DNA of 64,000 nt, taken from positions 1 through 64,000 of the forward strand of contig JAXLNO010002534.1 in the NCBI GenBank assembly GCA_038087875.1, read 5' to 3'. Source of the stretch: Malacoraja senta (lineage: Eukaryota). Positions 1 to 11,125 of this stretch are shown here, one piece after another. The position numbers were made by a program, and so were the translations under genes. How positions within the stretch are numbered: the stretch's first letter is position 1; every line of letters starts with the position of its first letter. Below the pieces are notes generated by a model. The model made no database searches. It was not told where the DNA came from and saw nothing but the letters and a program-made list of their open reading frames with translations.

Positions 1-305
1 AGGCAACACAGAGGCACAGTGATAGAGTGGCTGTCTTACAGCATTAGAGACCCGGGTTTGATCCTGACTAGAGTGCTGTCTGGACGGAGTTTGTACGTTC
101 CCTCTGTCACCCTGTGGGTTTTCTCTGGGGGCTCCGGTTTCCTCCCAAATACAAAAGACGTGCAGGTTTGTAGGTTAATTGGCTTCTGTAAATTGTCCCT
201 AGCTTGTCGGACAGAAATAGTGAATGGGCAATTGCTGGTCAGTGCGGACTCAGTGGCCCAAAGTTCCTGTTTCCATACTCTATCTCTAAACTAAACCAAA
301 ACTAA
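1..305 (+). mobile_element. HE1-like SINE
   Basis: Same A/B-box head, central domain and (TAAAC)n tail as the copy at 54791. Confidence 0.85.
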
Positions 306-944
306 TCTCCACTGCCTGCATGTGATCCATATCCTTCTATTCCCTGCATAACCACGAGCCTGTCCAAAACCTTCTTAAGCACCATTATCATGTCCTCCTC
401 TACCACCACTCCTGGTAGCGCATTCTAGGTATCAAGCTCTCTCTGCAAAAAAACACTTGACCTGCACAACTCGTGTAAATTTTGCCCTTCGAAGCTTAAC
501 GCTGTGCTCCTTTGAGATGTGTGAAAGAGATGCAATCCCATTAGGGGCTGTCAACTGTGGTCAAGAAAATCCATGGTTAACTAATATGAAAGACATCAAT
601 TGCATTTTCTCCCTGTCAAGCTGGGATGTAATGCTGAGGTTCTATAAGGCGCTGGTCAAGCCACATTTGGAGCATTGTGAGCAATTTTGGGCACCATATC
701 TGAGGAAGGATGTGCTGGCTCTATAGAGGGTCCAGAGGAGGTGTACAAGAATGATCCCAGGAATTAATGGATTAACATATGATGAGCATTTGATGGCAGT
801 GGACCTGTACTCGCTGGATTTTAGAAGAATAAGGGGGGACCTCATTGAATCATACCAAATAGTGAAAAGCTTGGATAGAGTGGATGTGGAGAGGATCTCC
901 ACTGGTGGGAGAATCTATGACTAGAGGTTATAGTCTCAATATTA

Positions 945-1765
945 TTATTATTATTATTATTTTAATAATATTTGTATTAGAAGCAAGCACATATCATAAT
1001 AAAAACATTTCATGTGTATCAGTCGTATATTGTGTGAATGTGTGTGAATGTGTGTGAGTGATTGGTGGTGGTCGGAGGGGCCGTAGGCGCAGATTAGCAG
1101 CCACGCTTCCGTCAGTCTGCCCAGGGCAGCTGTGGCTACAGAAGTAGCTCACCACCACCGAGTGTGACTGAGGAGTGAATGAATAATGCGATGTAAAGCG
1201 CCTTGAGTATTAGAAAGGCGCTATATAAATCCCATCCATTATTATTATTATTATATTATAAATATTATTAGTTATGAATTGGTTCTAGTTTTTTTTATAT
1301 AGATAGAAAGTGAGAAAAGAAGAAAATAAAAAAAACAGTAAGAAAGCAAATGGCATAATAAAAAAGAATGGAATGGTTTACTAATAATACATCATTGGAG
1401 ATAGGTTCATAGATTATAAAATGTTACTTTTCCTCTAATCCTAAATTCGAACTTCAGTTAGGTTCTCGTGCTGAACCAATCTACCCCTTCAAATAGTCAA
1501 TGAATGGAGACCACATTCTGACAAAAAGTTCTTGTTTGTCCATTAAGACAAGTCTAATTCTTTCCAAGTGTAGGGTCTCCGACATTTCCATAATCCACAT
1601 TTTAATTGTGGGGGTTATAGGGCCTTTCCAAAATTTTAATATTCGTTTTTTCCCAGTTATTATACTATAGTCGAGAAAGTTTCTTTGGCTTGTTGTGAGC
1701 GTTAGGCTTTGTTCTGATATTCCTAGTATTATTAGTTTTGAGTCAGGATCCAATTCCAATAGTCT
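945..1765 (-). mobile_element. L1 3' fragment interrupted by a SINE
   Basis: ORF 1481-1768 (DYSIITGKKRILKFWKGPITPTIKMW) is an ORF2 C-terminus, followed by 3'UTR. Confidence 0.85.
1031..1253 (+). mobile_element. 3' half of an AFC-like, L2-tailed SINE
   Basis: TGGTGGTGGTCGGAGGGGCC..CAGGGCAGCTGTGGCTAC..TGTAAAGCGCCTTGAG..GAAAGGCGCTATATAAAT(ATT)n. Family assignment is from my recollection of teleost AFC-type SINEs. The tail matches the L2 3' end at 2085-2150. Confidence 0.6.
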
Positions 1766-2084
1766 CAATATTAAAGGACATTCCTTTAGGAAAGAGATGA
1801 GGAGGAATTTATTTTGTCAGAGGGTGGTGATTCTGCGGAATTATTTGCCACAGATGTCTTTGGATATTTTTAAGGTGTAGATAGATTCTTGATTAGTATG
1901 CATGTCAGGAGTTATGAGGAGAAGGCAGAATGGGGTTAGGAAGGAGAGATAGATCAGCCATGACTGAATGGCGAAGTAGACTTGATGGGCCGAATGTTCA
2001 AATGCTGCACCATCACTTATGACCTTATGACTCAGTTGGCTTCCTCCATGTGCTCCAGTTTTGTCCCATATACCAAAGACGTGC

Positions 2085-2480
2085 CAGTGAGTTACTGCAA
2101 CTTTATTTATATAGCACATTTCATACACGAGGCAGACTCAAAGTGCTTCACATAAAAACATGTCATACAATAAAATGAAATAATGAAATGTAATAAAATA
2201 GAAGAATTAAAATAAAAGAAAAGCAAAGTTAAAAATGCATTAGAGAAAAGTGCAAAAGTTAAAAGTGCAATGTAGTTAAGATTTAGCTGAAAGCTAAAGT
2301 AAACATAAAAGTTTTCAGTCTTGTTTTAAAAGTGGTGAAAGTAGGGGCAAGTCTTAAATCTTCAGGAAGTTTATTCCAGCTATTTGTTGCATAGTAACTA
2401 AATCCTGCTTTCCCATGTTTTGTATTTACTCTGGGAATCACTAACAGATTGGTCTCAGAAGGCTTATATAGTGGAAGCAT
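2085..2480 (-). mobile_element. L2 LINE 3' fragment
   Basis: ORF 2283-2480 PRVNTKHGKAGFSYYATNSWNKLPEDLR..FKTRLKTFMF is a typical L2 ORF2 end. The 3' end reads TGTGAAGCACTTTGAG..TGCTATATAAATAAAG. Confidence 0.82.
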
Positions 2481-2737
2481 GTCAGTTAGTTGGACATTGC
2501 AAATTATCTATAGTGGAGCTGAATGAAAGGAGAATCCGAGGGAGCTGAGTGCAAGTTGTGAGAGAGAGCTGTGAAACAGTTTGTCGACATTGCATGGAAA
2601 ACTAGCATCGACTCAATGGGCCGAATTACCTTTCCCTCTGTCATGATTGGGTCAGAGATAATATTACTCATTGCCTCAGAGTGAAATATTACTCATTGCC
2701 TACCATCACAAAACAACATCCTTTGTTCTGAACTCAC

Positions 2738-3013
2738 CTTTTCTGGTCAGGTATGTCTTTCCAATTGCATAGTTTGTAAGCCATAGATCCACACAGTCAT
2801 GTTCTAACAAGCTCTTGAAATAACGGTTCATTTTTTCATTCTTGTCCCATTTCTCTTTGAAGGTCTCAGCTATTGGATCATGCACCGTCCACTTTAGTTT
2901 GTCCTTATCAAAACTAAATGCATATCTTCCATCAAAAGCCAACTTCAATATCCCTACAGTGGGACTGTGATCGTCCATCTCACAACCAAACTGTCCTTCA
3001 ATATAGCGATAAT
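2738..3013 (-). CDS. MHC class I heavy chain, exon 3 (alpha2 domain); acceptor non-canonical
   Basis: Encodes YRYIEGQFGCEMDDHSPTVGILKLAFDGRYAFSFDKDKLKWTVHDPIAETFKEKWDKNEKMNRYFKSLLEHDCVDLWLTNYAIGKTYLTRK, with the C101/C164 pair, AFDG, KW and GK..L.RK. The donor is AAAG|GTGAGT at 2738/2737. A start at 3013 gives the canonical 276 bp, but the preceding bases are tttCAT rather than CAG. Confidence 0.92.
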
Positions 3014-3169
3014 ATGAAATAAAAATAAAAATCATTATTTGATTAATTGTTATGACTGGGTAATTTCTGAACACCAGGGTCCAAGTTATTTATATATGTC
3101 ACAAGTAGCAAGGGTCACAGCACAGATCCCTGCAGAACTCTACTTGTCACTGAACTACAGCCTGAATAT

Positions 3170-3625
3170 TTGGCCTTCGTTGCAACTGTAGAGACCATAT
3201 TATTGTACGGGTGTGAGGCATGGACTCTCACTCCAGCACTGTCCAAGTCTCTTGATGGTACCTACACCCGATTGCTCGGAAAAGTTCAAAATGCAGATGG
3301 AGGGACCACATCACCAACGCCCAGCTCTATGGGGAGAATCCACCTCTGACCGAGAAGATCACGTTGAGAAGGATGAGGCTCGCAGGTCACTGGCTCCGCC
3401 ACCCAGAAATGCCAGCAAACAAGGTTGTGCTGTGGGAACCCACCCATGGAAGACTTGACCCAGGACAGCCAATCAAGATGATGCTGAAGACGTTGATGTA
3501 AGACGCATGTGTAGAGATAAAAGAGGAGTTTGCCAGCTGCATGGACAGAGATGTGTGCAGCGTCCGTCACCGTGCCCGTCGGAAACCAGCACGACACTAA
3601 TCTTTTAAACGATTATTATTATCAT
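3170..3625 (+). mobile_element. RTE-like LINE 3' fragment
   Basis: FVATVETILLYGCEAWTL..LDGTYTRLL motif and a (ATT)n tail. Confidence 0.65.
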
Positions 3626-3928
3626 CCACTACACCCCTCTGTCCTGGGGATTTATCCACATTTCTCTTCAAGTGATCCAACATCTCCTTCTTGCTTAACT
3701 TCAAAGTGTCCCTGCATGTTAGCATTCTCCACACTGATTCTCCATGTGTAAGAAAGAACTGCAGATGCTGCAGATGTTAAAATCGAAGAGAGACACAAAA
3801 TGCTGGTGTAACTCAGCGGGTCAGGCAGCTTCCCTGGAGAGAAGGAATGGGCATTGTCTTGGGTCGAGACCCTTCTTCAGACTGATGTCAGGGGAGGGAC
3901 AAAGATAGAATGTCGGCGGAGACAGTAA

Positions 3929-4520
3929 AGGCTCTGTCTTACCTGTTTGCGGTCATCGGCGGTGAAGCGCGGCGTCGCCGGTAGCGAGGACCGCTCGGCA
4001 ACGGCGAGAGCGTCGAGCCTATCCACCAGAGCGCCGCACGGATGCTGCGCGGGGGCCGAGTTAATTCAAACACAGCGGGTCCCACGTGCTTGCGGTAAGT
4101 AAAAAAAGGGCGGGCGGACTGCGATGACGTCGGCCCGCCGCACGTGACTCACCAGCGGCGGCTGTGGCGGCGGCCATCCTGTAGCGGTGGCTGTGCCTGC
4201 GGCCGTGCAGCACACATGCCTCACTGGCGGCGGCACGTGCCTCACTGGCGGAGGCTGTGGCAGTGGAGGTTTGACGCACGTCGCTCGAGCCACACTGGCG
4301 GCGGCCCGTGCGAGCGGCCGTGCCGCACTTGTGCATCACTGGTGGAGGTTGTGCGGTGAGTATATGGTTTTTGACATTGTCGATTTTATTTTAGCACCGC
4401 GCGGTGTTGGGAACACCGCCGCACGGCCCTGGAATTGTACGTTCTCACGAGTGCGCGGTCTATGGCGGCAGATTGTTCCCGTTTCACCGCCAATGACCGC
4501 AGATTCGTGAGACAGGCCTT
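3929..4520. mobile_element. PIF/Harbinger-like MITE, CpG-rich interior
   Basis: Imperfect 14-bp TIRs AGGCTCTGTCTTAC / GTGAGACAGGCCTT. TAA is duplicated on both sides (3926-3928, 4521-4523). The host sequence rejoins when the element is removed. Confidence 0.72.
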
Positions 4521-4577
4521 TAAGACTGGTGGCAGAATTGGGAAGGGGGAGGGGATGGAGAGAGAAATCAAGGGCTA

Positions 4578-5082
4578 TCGACTGATTCCTGGGATGACCA
4601 GACTGATTCCTGGGATGTCAGGACTTTCATATGAAGAAAGACTGGATAGACTTGGCTTATACCCGCTAGAATTTAGGAGATTGAGAGGGGATCTTATAGA
4701 AACGTACAAAATTCTTATGGGGTTGGACAGGCTAGATGCAGGAAGATTGTTCCCGATGTTGGGGAAGTCCAGGACAAGGGTCACAGCTTAAGGATAAGGG
4801 GGAAATCCTTTAAGACCGAGATGAGGAAAAACTTTTTCACACAGAGAGTGGTGAATCTCTGGAACTCTCTGCCACAGAGGGTAGTTGAGGCCAGTTCATT
4901 GGCTATATTTAAGAGGGAGTTAGATGTGGCCCTTGTGGCTAAGGGGATCAGGGGGTATGGAGAGAAGGCAGGTACGGGATACTGAGTTGGATGATCAGCC
5001 ATGATCATATTGAATGGCGGTGGAGGCTCGAAGGGCCGAATGGCCTACTCCTGCACCTATTTTCTATGTATCTATGTATCTA
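4578..5082 (+). mobile_element. CR1/HER1-like LINE 3' fragment (young subfamily)
   Basis: Encodes RLIPGMSGLSYEERLDRLGL..RGDLIETYKIL, with a conserved 3'UTR and a (CTATGTAT)n tail. Confidence 0.92.
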
Positions 5083-5759
5083 TGAAAGTTATAGAAGTCA
5101 ATGTTCATACCGCTGGAGTATAGACTACCCAAGCGAATTATGAGGTGTTGTTCCTCCAATTTGGGCTGGGCCTCACTCTGACAATGGAGGAGGCCCAGGA
5201 CAGAAAGGTCAGATTGGGAATGGGAGGGGGAGTCGAAGTGTTGAGCCACTGGGAGATCGGGTAGGGTAAGACGGACTGAGGGGAAGTGTTCAGCAAAACG
5301 ATCGCCGAGCCTGCGCTTGGTCTCACTGATGTAGAGAAGTTGACAACTGAAACAGCGGATACAGTAGATGAGGTTGGAAGAGGTGCAAGTGAACTTCTGC
5401 CTCACCTGGAAAGACTTTAGGTCCTTGGACGGAGTCGACGGGGGACGTAAAGGGACAGGTGTTGCATCTCCTGTGGTTGCAGGGGAAAGTATCCGGGGAG
5501 CGGGTGGGTTGGGTGTGAAGGGACGAGTTGACCAGGAAGTTTCGGAGGGAACGGTCTCTGCGGAAAGCAGAAAGGGGTGGAGATGGGAAGATGTGACCAG
5601 TAGTGGGATCCCGTTGGAGGTGGCAAAAATGTTGGAGGATTTTATGATGTACTTACTATTAATGGTCCTTACTATTCTACATGTCTTCCTTGGTGAAACC
5701 AAACCTCGCCTATATCCACAAACTCCAGGCACATATTCCCTTCTATATCCTTAAGCAAT

Positions 5760-6455
5760 CCACCTTTTGCTGCAATGGTTGCCTCGCCAACAGTATGTCT
5801 GTCCCTTCCTTCTTTGTGTCCGTTTTGTACGTGTTAAATGTATATTCTTTAGTGTTCTTTAGCTTGTTTTGGGGGGGGGGGGGTTGGGGGAGTTGTGGGA
5901 AACTTTTCCTAATCTCTTACCCTCGACGTTGATGTGATATTTTCTGTATCGTATCTCCGTCCACAATGCGGCCTAACATTGAGGAATGGCGGCCTTTGCT
6001 AGAGATCGACCGGGAGATCCATCGCAGGAGACTGTGTACTTACCATCATGGAGCTCGCAATCCCTGTCGGGGATCGACTTTAGAGCTCCAACTGTGAGAG
6101 CCTGCAAGACTTTAACATCGCGGAGCCCGCGGTCCTCGGTCGAGACCGACATCCGGGACCTCCAAGCCGCAGGAGTTTCGACCGCTCCGATGTGGGAGTT
6201 TCGATTCCCCAACGGGGGTTTCGACCACCGACTGTAGATTGTTTGACTGCCCTGACTGCGGGAGATAAAGAGGAAGGAGATTAGACTTTATTGCCTTCTA
6301 TCACAGTGAGGAACGTGCGGGCTCCTCTGTTGTGGATGTTTATGTTAACTTTTACGTTATTGGGTATCTTGTTGCTTTTTTTTGTATGGTGTATGGTAGT
6401 CTGCATTTCAATGTACCTTAATTGGTATGTGACAATAAACTAACCATGAAACCTT
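5760..6455 (+). repeat. Unclassified GC-rich retroposon-like repeat
   Basis: Similar to 8988-9482. The 3' end is ATGTGACAATAAACTAACC, like the Rex1-type tails elsewhere in the window. No coding homology recognised. Confidence 0.5.
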
Positions 6456-8987
6456 GGTGGCCTTTATTTGCCCCTTTACTTTTAAGTATTAGAGCAGTTG
6501 TTCTTAACCTTTTTGGCCCCACGACCCCATCGGGCATTCTTGATCAGTACCGTGACCTCTGAAACAAAATTTGAAGAAAAACAGCCCGATTTATTAAAAC
6601 ATTTCTGCCATTGCTCAGTCAATGGGATGGCTGAAATTGCTTCGCAGTCATCAGGCAATCAAAACGAGCACGAATGCTCGACAGGCAGCATCTCATGTCA
6701 GTGTCGATCACAAGCCTATTGCGTACCTTCGTTTTCAGAGTTACCATAGTTGAGAATCCACCCTCACAGTGAGAGGTTGAGGGGGAATGGACCAATAGGG
6801 TCAGGGCCCTCTTTGAAAGAGCAGGACAATCCTTCACTTTCAGCCAAAACGTGGCGAGCTCTTGTTCCAGGAAGTCACTCTTGAGTTGCGCATCTTCACG
6901 AATTCGGTAAAATTCAACCTTCGCAGTTACATCAGTATCACTGATGCCACCGTCTTCAACGGAAAAGGGTCGGATGATCCACTCATCATGAGAGCAGTTG
7001 TCCAGTCTGGGGAAGTAACGTTCGATGGCTTCACTAATTGCCAGATGGTGGGTTGAGATCTCCTCGTGGAAGTGGCATTCAGCATCAGGCGTAGCATCCA
7101 GGAGAGTCGTCATCTCAGGGAAGATAGCCATGTCACCGTCCTGGACTCTTCTCTGGTAAAGGTTCCTCCTGAACGCTGCCACTTTGCCACAAGCTGTGTG
7201 TAGCATTGGGATGTTTCCTTGAAATTACAGGTTCAAGGAATTCACCTCAGCGAAGAAGTCAGCCAAGTAAGCAACCTTCATCACGAACAGTTCATCCTGC
7301 ATCTTTTCATGAAGCTGATTCTCCTTCTCAGTACCCCTTCTCTCCAAGAACAGCGCTATTTCCACTCGAAGTCGAATCACATGGTTGAGAACTTTACCAC
7401 GCAAAAGCCAGCGCACTTCTGTGTGGAATAACAGAATAGTGAAATCGGCGCCCATTTCTTCACACATCGCTTGAAGATTCTTGAGTTTGTTGCGCTCTCG
7501 GATGTGGTTCACAATCTTCACCACATCTGAAAGCACTTCTAGAAGACCAAGAGGGAGAGTCTTCATCGCCAAAGCATGGCGATGTATCATGCAGTGGGTG
7601 AAGGAGACATGGGGAGCGACATCCTTCACGAAGGCTTGGAAACCGGATCTGCAACCGACCATGGAAGGTGCCCCAACTGTACACATCCCGACAAGGCATT
7701 CCCAGCCAAGCTCATGTTTGATGAGGAAGGCTTCCAGCATTCTGAACACATCTTCTCCCCGAGTGGTAGTAGCCAATGGCTCCGAGAACAGGTACTCCTC
7801 CATTGAGGTAACGAACGTAGACTAGCAGTTGGGAACATGAGGCAACATCTGTTGACTCGCCCAGTTGCAGTGAATACACTGGACTGCTCGTCACAGCCCT
7901 CACTACTTGCAGCAGAATATCATTACTCATATCCGAGATTCAACTTTTGACTGTGTCATTCAAAAGGGAAATCTGCCTGAACTTGTTTGACTGCTCTTCC
8001 CCCAGCACCAACTTCGCTGTTTCGAGAAGGCATGGCTTGATAAGCTCTTCACCGATGCTGTGAGGTTTCTTAGTCTGTGTGATTCGATAAGCAATCCGGT
8101 ATGAAGCCTCCAACGCTGCTTCATTTTGATGAGCACAGTGACCCGTTGAATAGATGCGGGATCCCTTGAGTTATGGCTTCTTTTCGTTTGAAAGAGTCCA
8201 CGCTCTTCCCCGCCAGGTTACTGTGACAAGACTCCAAATGGATCTTCAGTTTGCTGGGCTTCATGCTCTCGTGACTCTAAACCTTGGCACAGAGAACACA
8301 TTGCGGCTTGACCACGGATTTTGAACAATGCTTGTGAAGCTGAACTTGAGAAATGTTTCACTATACGTGCGCGTCTTGGAAGACATGGTTCACAACACAC
8401 ACTGTTTGTGCGTGTATACGCAGGGCCTGAGAGGAATTTTATCAGTGGGTACAAAGTATCTTTTGGGCCCCCTTCCCTTCTCCATTAGTCATCCTGTTTT
8501 TATCCACTATGCTACAGTTTTATGCCATGAGCTGTAGCCTGCACGGCAAAAAGGGGTATGGAAGATGAGAGAGGGGTGGAATGGGGCACTCTGTTGATTT
8601 TCTGCATTTGAGGCCTTATGTCCCTATACACCCTCCATGATAAATATAAATAAGTATAAATAAAATAAAAGGATCAGAAAGCACATTTGTTTTCCTTCAC
8701 TCTATAGATGCTGCCTCCCCCGTTGAGTTTCTCCAGCATTTTATCTAGCTTTGTTTTGAACATCTTTGTTTATGCTACAATACAGATAAGGAGAAAGAAT
8801 TCACATTGAAACATCCTTTTATGTTTCAATGCAGTTCATATCATCAAAAGACATAATTATTAGTAAAAAGTAAAAGATTTATTATATAAATTTACTTTAT
8901 ATAAAGAGCTTTCCTGGCCTTTTTTTGTGAAAAATGTCAAATCACAGCATAAAAATGTATTGTTCTGGCAATGTATGATTCAATACT

Positions 8988-9482
8988 ATTGATTCAATAC
9001 GTTGACACCGTGGAGCTGTGGTCTGCGGAGCTTCTAACCGCGAGCGTGGCATGGACTTACCATCTGGATCCTGGGATCCCTCGCCGGGGATCACCAGAGA
9101 CGAGTTCGAACCGCTGGCCTGCGGCCTATAACATCCTGAAGCTGCGGTCTCCAGTAGGAAAGTGCCGAGTCGGGACCTCCAAGCTGCAGAGTGTGTTTGT
9201 CCGTCCCAACGTCGGAGTTTGGATCATCCCGACGAGAGGGCCTTGTACATCGGGCCATCCCCAGCGGCGACTACGGAGGGGTTATGGCCCCGAACACGGG
9301 TGAACAAAGGAGGAGGACTTGCTGAAATGTGTTGCCTTCCACCACAGTGAAGAATGCTGTAGTGGATGTTTGTGTTCAATTTTATTGTGTATTGTGTGTT
9401 CTTTTTACGTGTATCACTGCTGGCAAATTCACTTCACTGCACCTTCGGGTGTATGTGATGAATAAATCTGACTTTAACTTTG
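8988..9482 (+). mobile_element. Unclassified retroposon-like repeat inserted into the Tip100 remnant
   Basis: Flanked by an AATACT duplication (8982-8987, 9483-9488). Tail ATGTGATGAATAAATCTGACTTT. Shares CGGGACCTCCAAGC and GCCTTC..CACAGTGA.GAA blocks with 5760-6455. Confidence 0.6.
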
Positions 9483-10128
9483 AATACTTAGCCTGGCCAA
9501 ATCCACAAGACTTTGATGAGACATTGTCGACCTTAAATAATTCTTAATCAGCTTGAGTTTGCTAAATGACCTCTGCAGAAGCTACTGTTGCTGGAATTGT
9601 TGATAGTATTCTGAAGCTAACACAAACATTTGGAAACAGGTTACCAAGTCAATAGTCTGTTAACAAGTTCAACAGATCTAATGGTTTTAACTTCATTTAT
9701 AAAATTCACCCTCCCACTAACACATACATACACTCAGACACACACTCACTCACCTACTCACATACACCCACACACATCCACACACACACACACACACCCT
9801 CACCCACTCACTCACACCCACCCATCCACACACTGACCCAAACCCAGGCCCGGACCACTGAAACAGCCGCGGCTCCTGACTCTCACCACCTCCCCGGGCA
9901 GGGCCACCGCAGCCACTGTCGCCGACCTTCACTGTCTTCAGAAAGCCAATGATGCTGCTGCCCATATCTCTACTCCAGCTCCCCACGGGCCTCCACCAGC
10001 GACTCTGCCGACCCTCGCCTCTCCACCTGCCACCAGCGGGCCAGACCCGTCACCTCACCAGAGTTCCCAGCATAGCACCAGGCCCACAACTTAAACCATG
10101 CAGACAGCACATGGTCTGATTGCTGGCT

Positions 10129-10297
10129 CCTAGTGCTCCCCCCCCTCCTACAGGGAAGACCCATCAGTAGTGATGACTCTGCTGGGTTCTAGTGCTCTCC
10201 CCTCCTTCTCCTACAGGGAAGATCCATCAGTAGTGATGACTCTGTTGGGTCCTAGTGCTCTCCCTCCTCCTACAGGGAAGACCCATGAGTAGTCATG
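10129..10297. repeat. ~60-bp minisatellite, 3 copies
   Basis: CTAGTGCTC..CTCCTACAGGGAAGA.CCAT.AGTAGT.ATG starts at about 10130, 10189 and 10252. Confidence 0.8.
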
Positions 10298-10339
10298 GTT
10301 CTTCCCCTTCCCCCTCTTTTAATCAGGTTACCCCGACCA

Positions 10340-11125
10340 CACACCCGCCAGTTAAAATTCCCTGCTATATTATGGATCACAATTTCTACGAATTACGATA
10401 TATAAAACTCTGAAGGCACAAAATGTGAATGCTAGTCTTCACAAAATATATGCACTTCGGAATAACGGAAGATGATCCAGAACTAAATGTGTTTCAAAAG
10501 AAATTAATGGACTATGGGTTAATAACTGGAAAAAAGCTAATTCTAAAATTTTGGAAGAAGGCTCCAATACCAACTATAAATATGTGGATTTCAAATATGT
10601 TTGAAACATTACACCTAGAAGAGATAAGACTCCTCCTAGCAGGTAAACCAGATCACTTCCACCTGACGTGGTCTGCATTTATAGAATTATTACAAACATA
10701 GGGTGCAAAAGTACTTAAAAAAAAATAAAAAATTGAGGTCAGGTAAGGGGGGATGATAGTTGAAGAGTTGGTATGTCCTATTTACGCAATACTCAAAAAA
10801 ATATTTTTTTTTTTCTTTTTTTTTTCCTCTCTCTTTTTTTTCCTAGGGCCTATCTCTTAACTCTTTTTTTTTTGTTTTTAATTTCGCTCTTATAGGGTCT
10901 TCGTCCTTTTTTGTTGTTACATTTTCTACACTTTTCTACACTTTCACTTTTTCCTTCACTTTCTTCTTTCTTTCAATCTTTTCCTTTTCTAGTGTAAAAA
11001 TAAATAAATAAAGGGAGTACATTAATTGTAAGAAGATACAAATGACGAGTATTAATGTATGTGGTTGTAATGTAATGTACTTCTAATAAATAAAAATAAA
11101 AAAAAATAAAAAATATATATATATA
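10340..11125 (+). mobile_element. L1 3' fragment
   Basis: ORF 10429-10701 (DYGLITGKKLILKFWKKAPIPT) matches the C-terminus of the full-length ORF2. Followed by a T-rich 3'UTR and an A-rich tail with AATAAA. Confidence 0.88.

Larger units (their letters stand above)
3745..5640 (-). mobile_element. Penelope-like 3' fragment with hammerhead-type tail, interrupted by a MITE and a CR1 fragment
   Basis: GIY-YIG region (ORF 5064-5732, NLIYCIRC..LLYISETKRRLGDRFAEH). The tail at 3745-3925 and 4521-4577 is collinear with the uninterrupted copy at 45705-45960. Confidence 0.85.

Noticed and set aside
1-2737. Search for the MHC alpha3/TM exons
   Set aside because: No Ig-C1 motif (C..x..F.P / W) was found. 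The region is explained by SINE and LINE fragments, so these exons are probably outside the window.
4061-4791. Several overlapping GC-rich ORFs
   Set aside because: They lie inside a TIR/TSD-bounded MITE and run into a CR1 fragment. They are low-complexity Ala/Arg/Gly translations with no recognisable domain.
6034-6050. TACTTACC resembling the U1 snRNA 5' end (also near 9055)
   Set aside because: Only 8-9 nt match, it is internal to the repeat, and no further U1 sequence follows.
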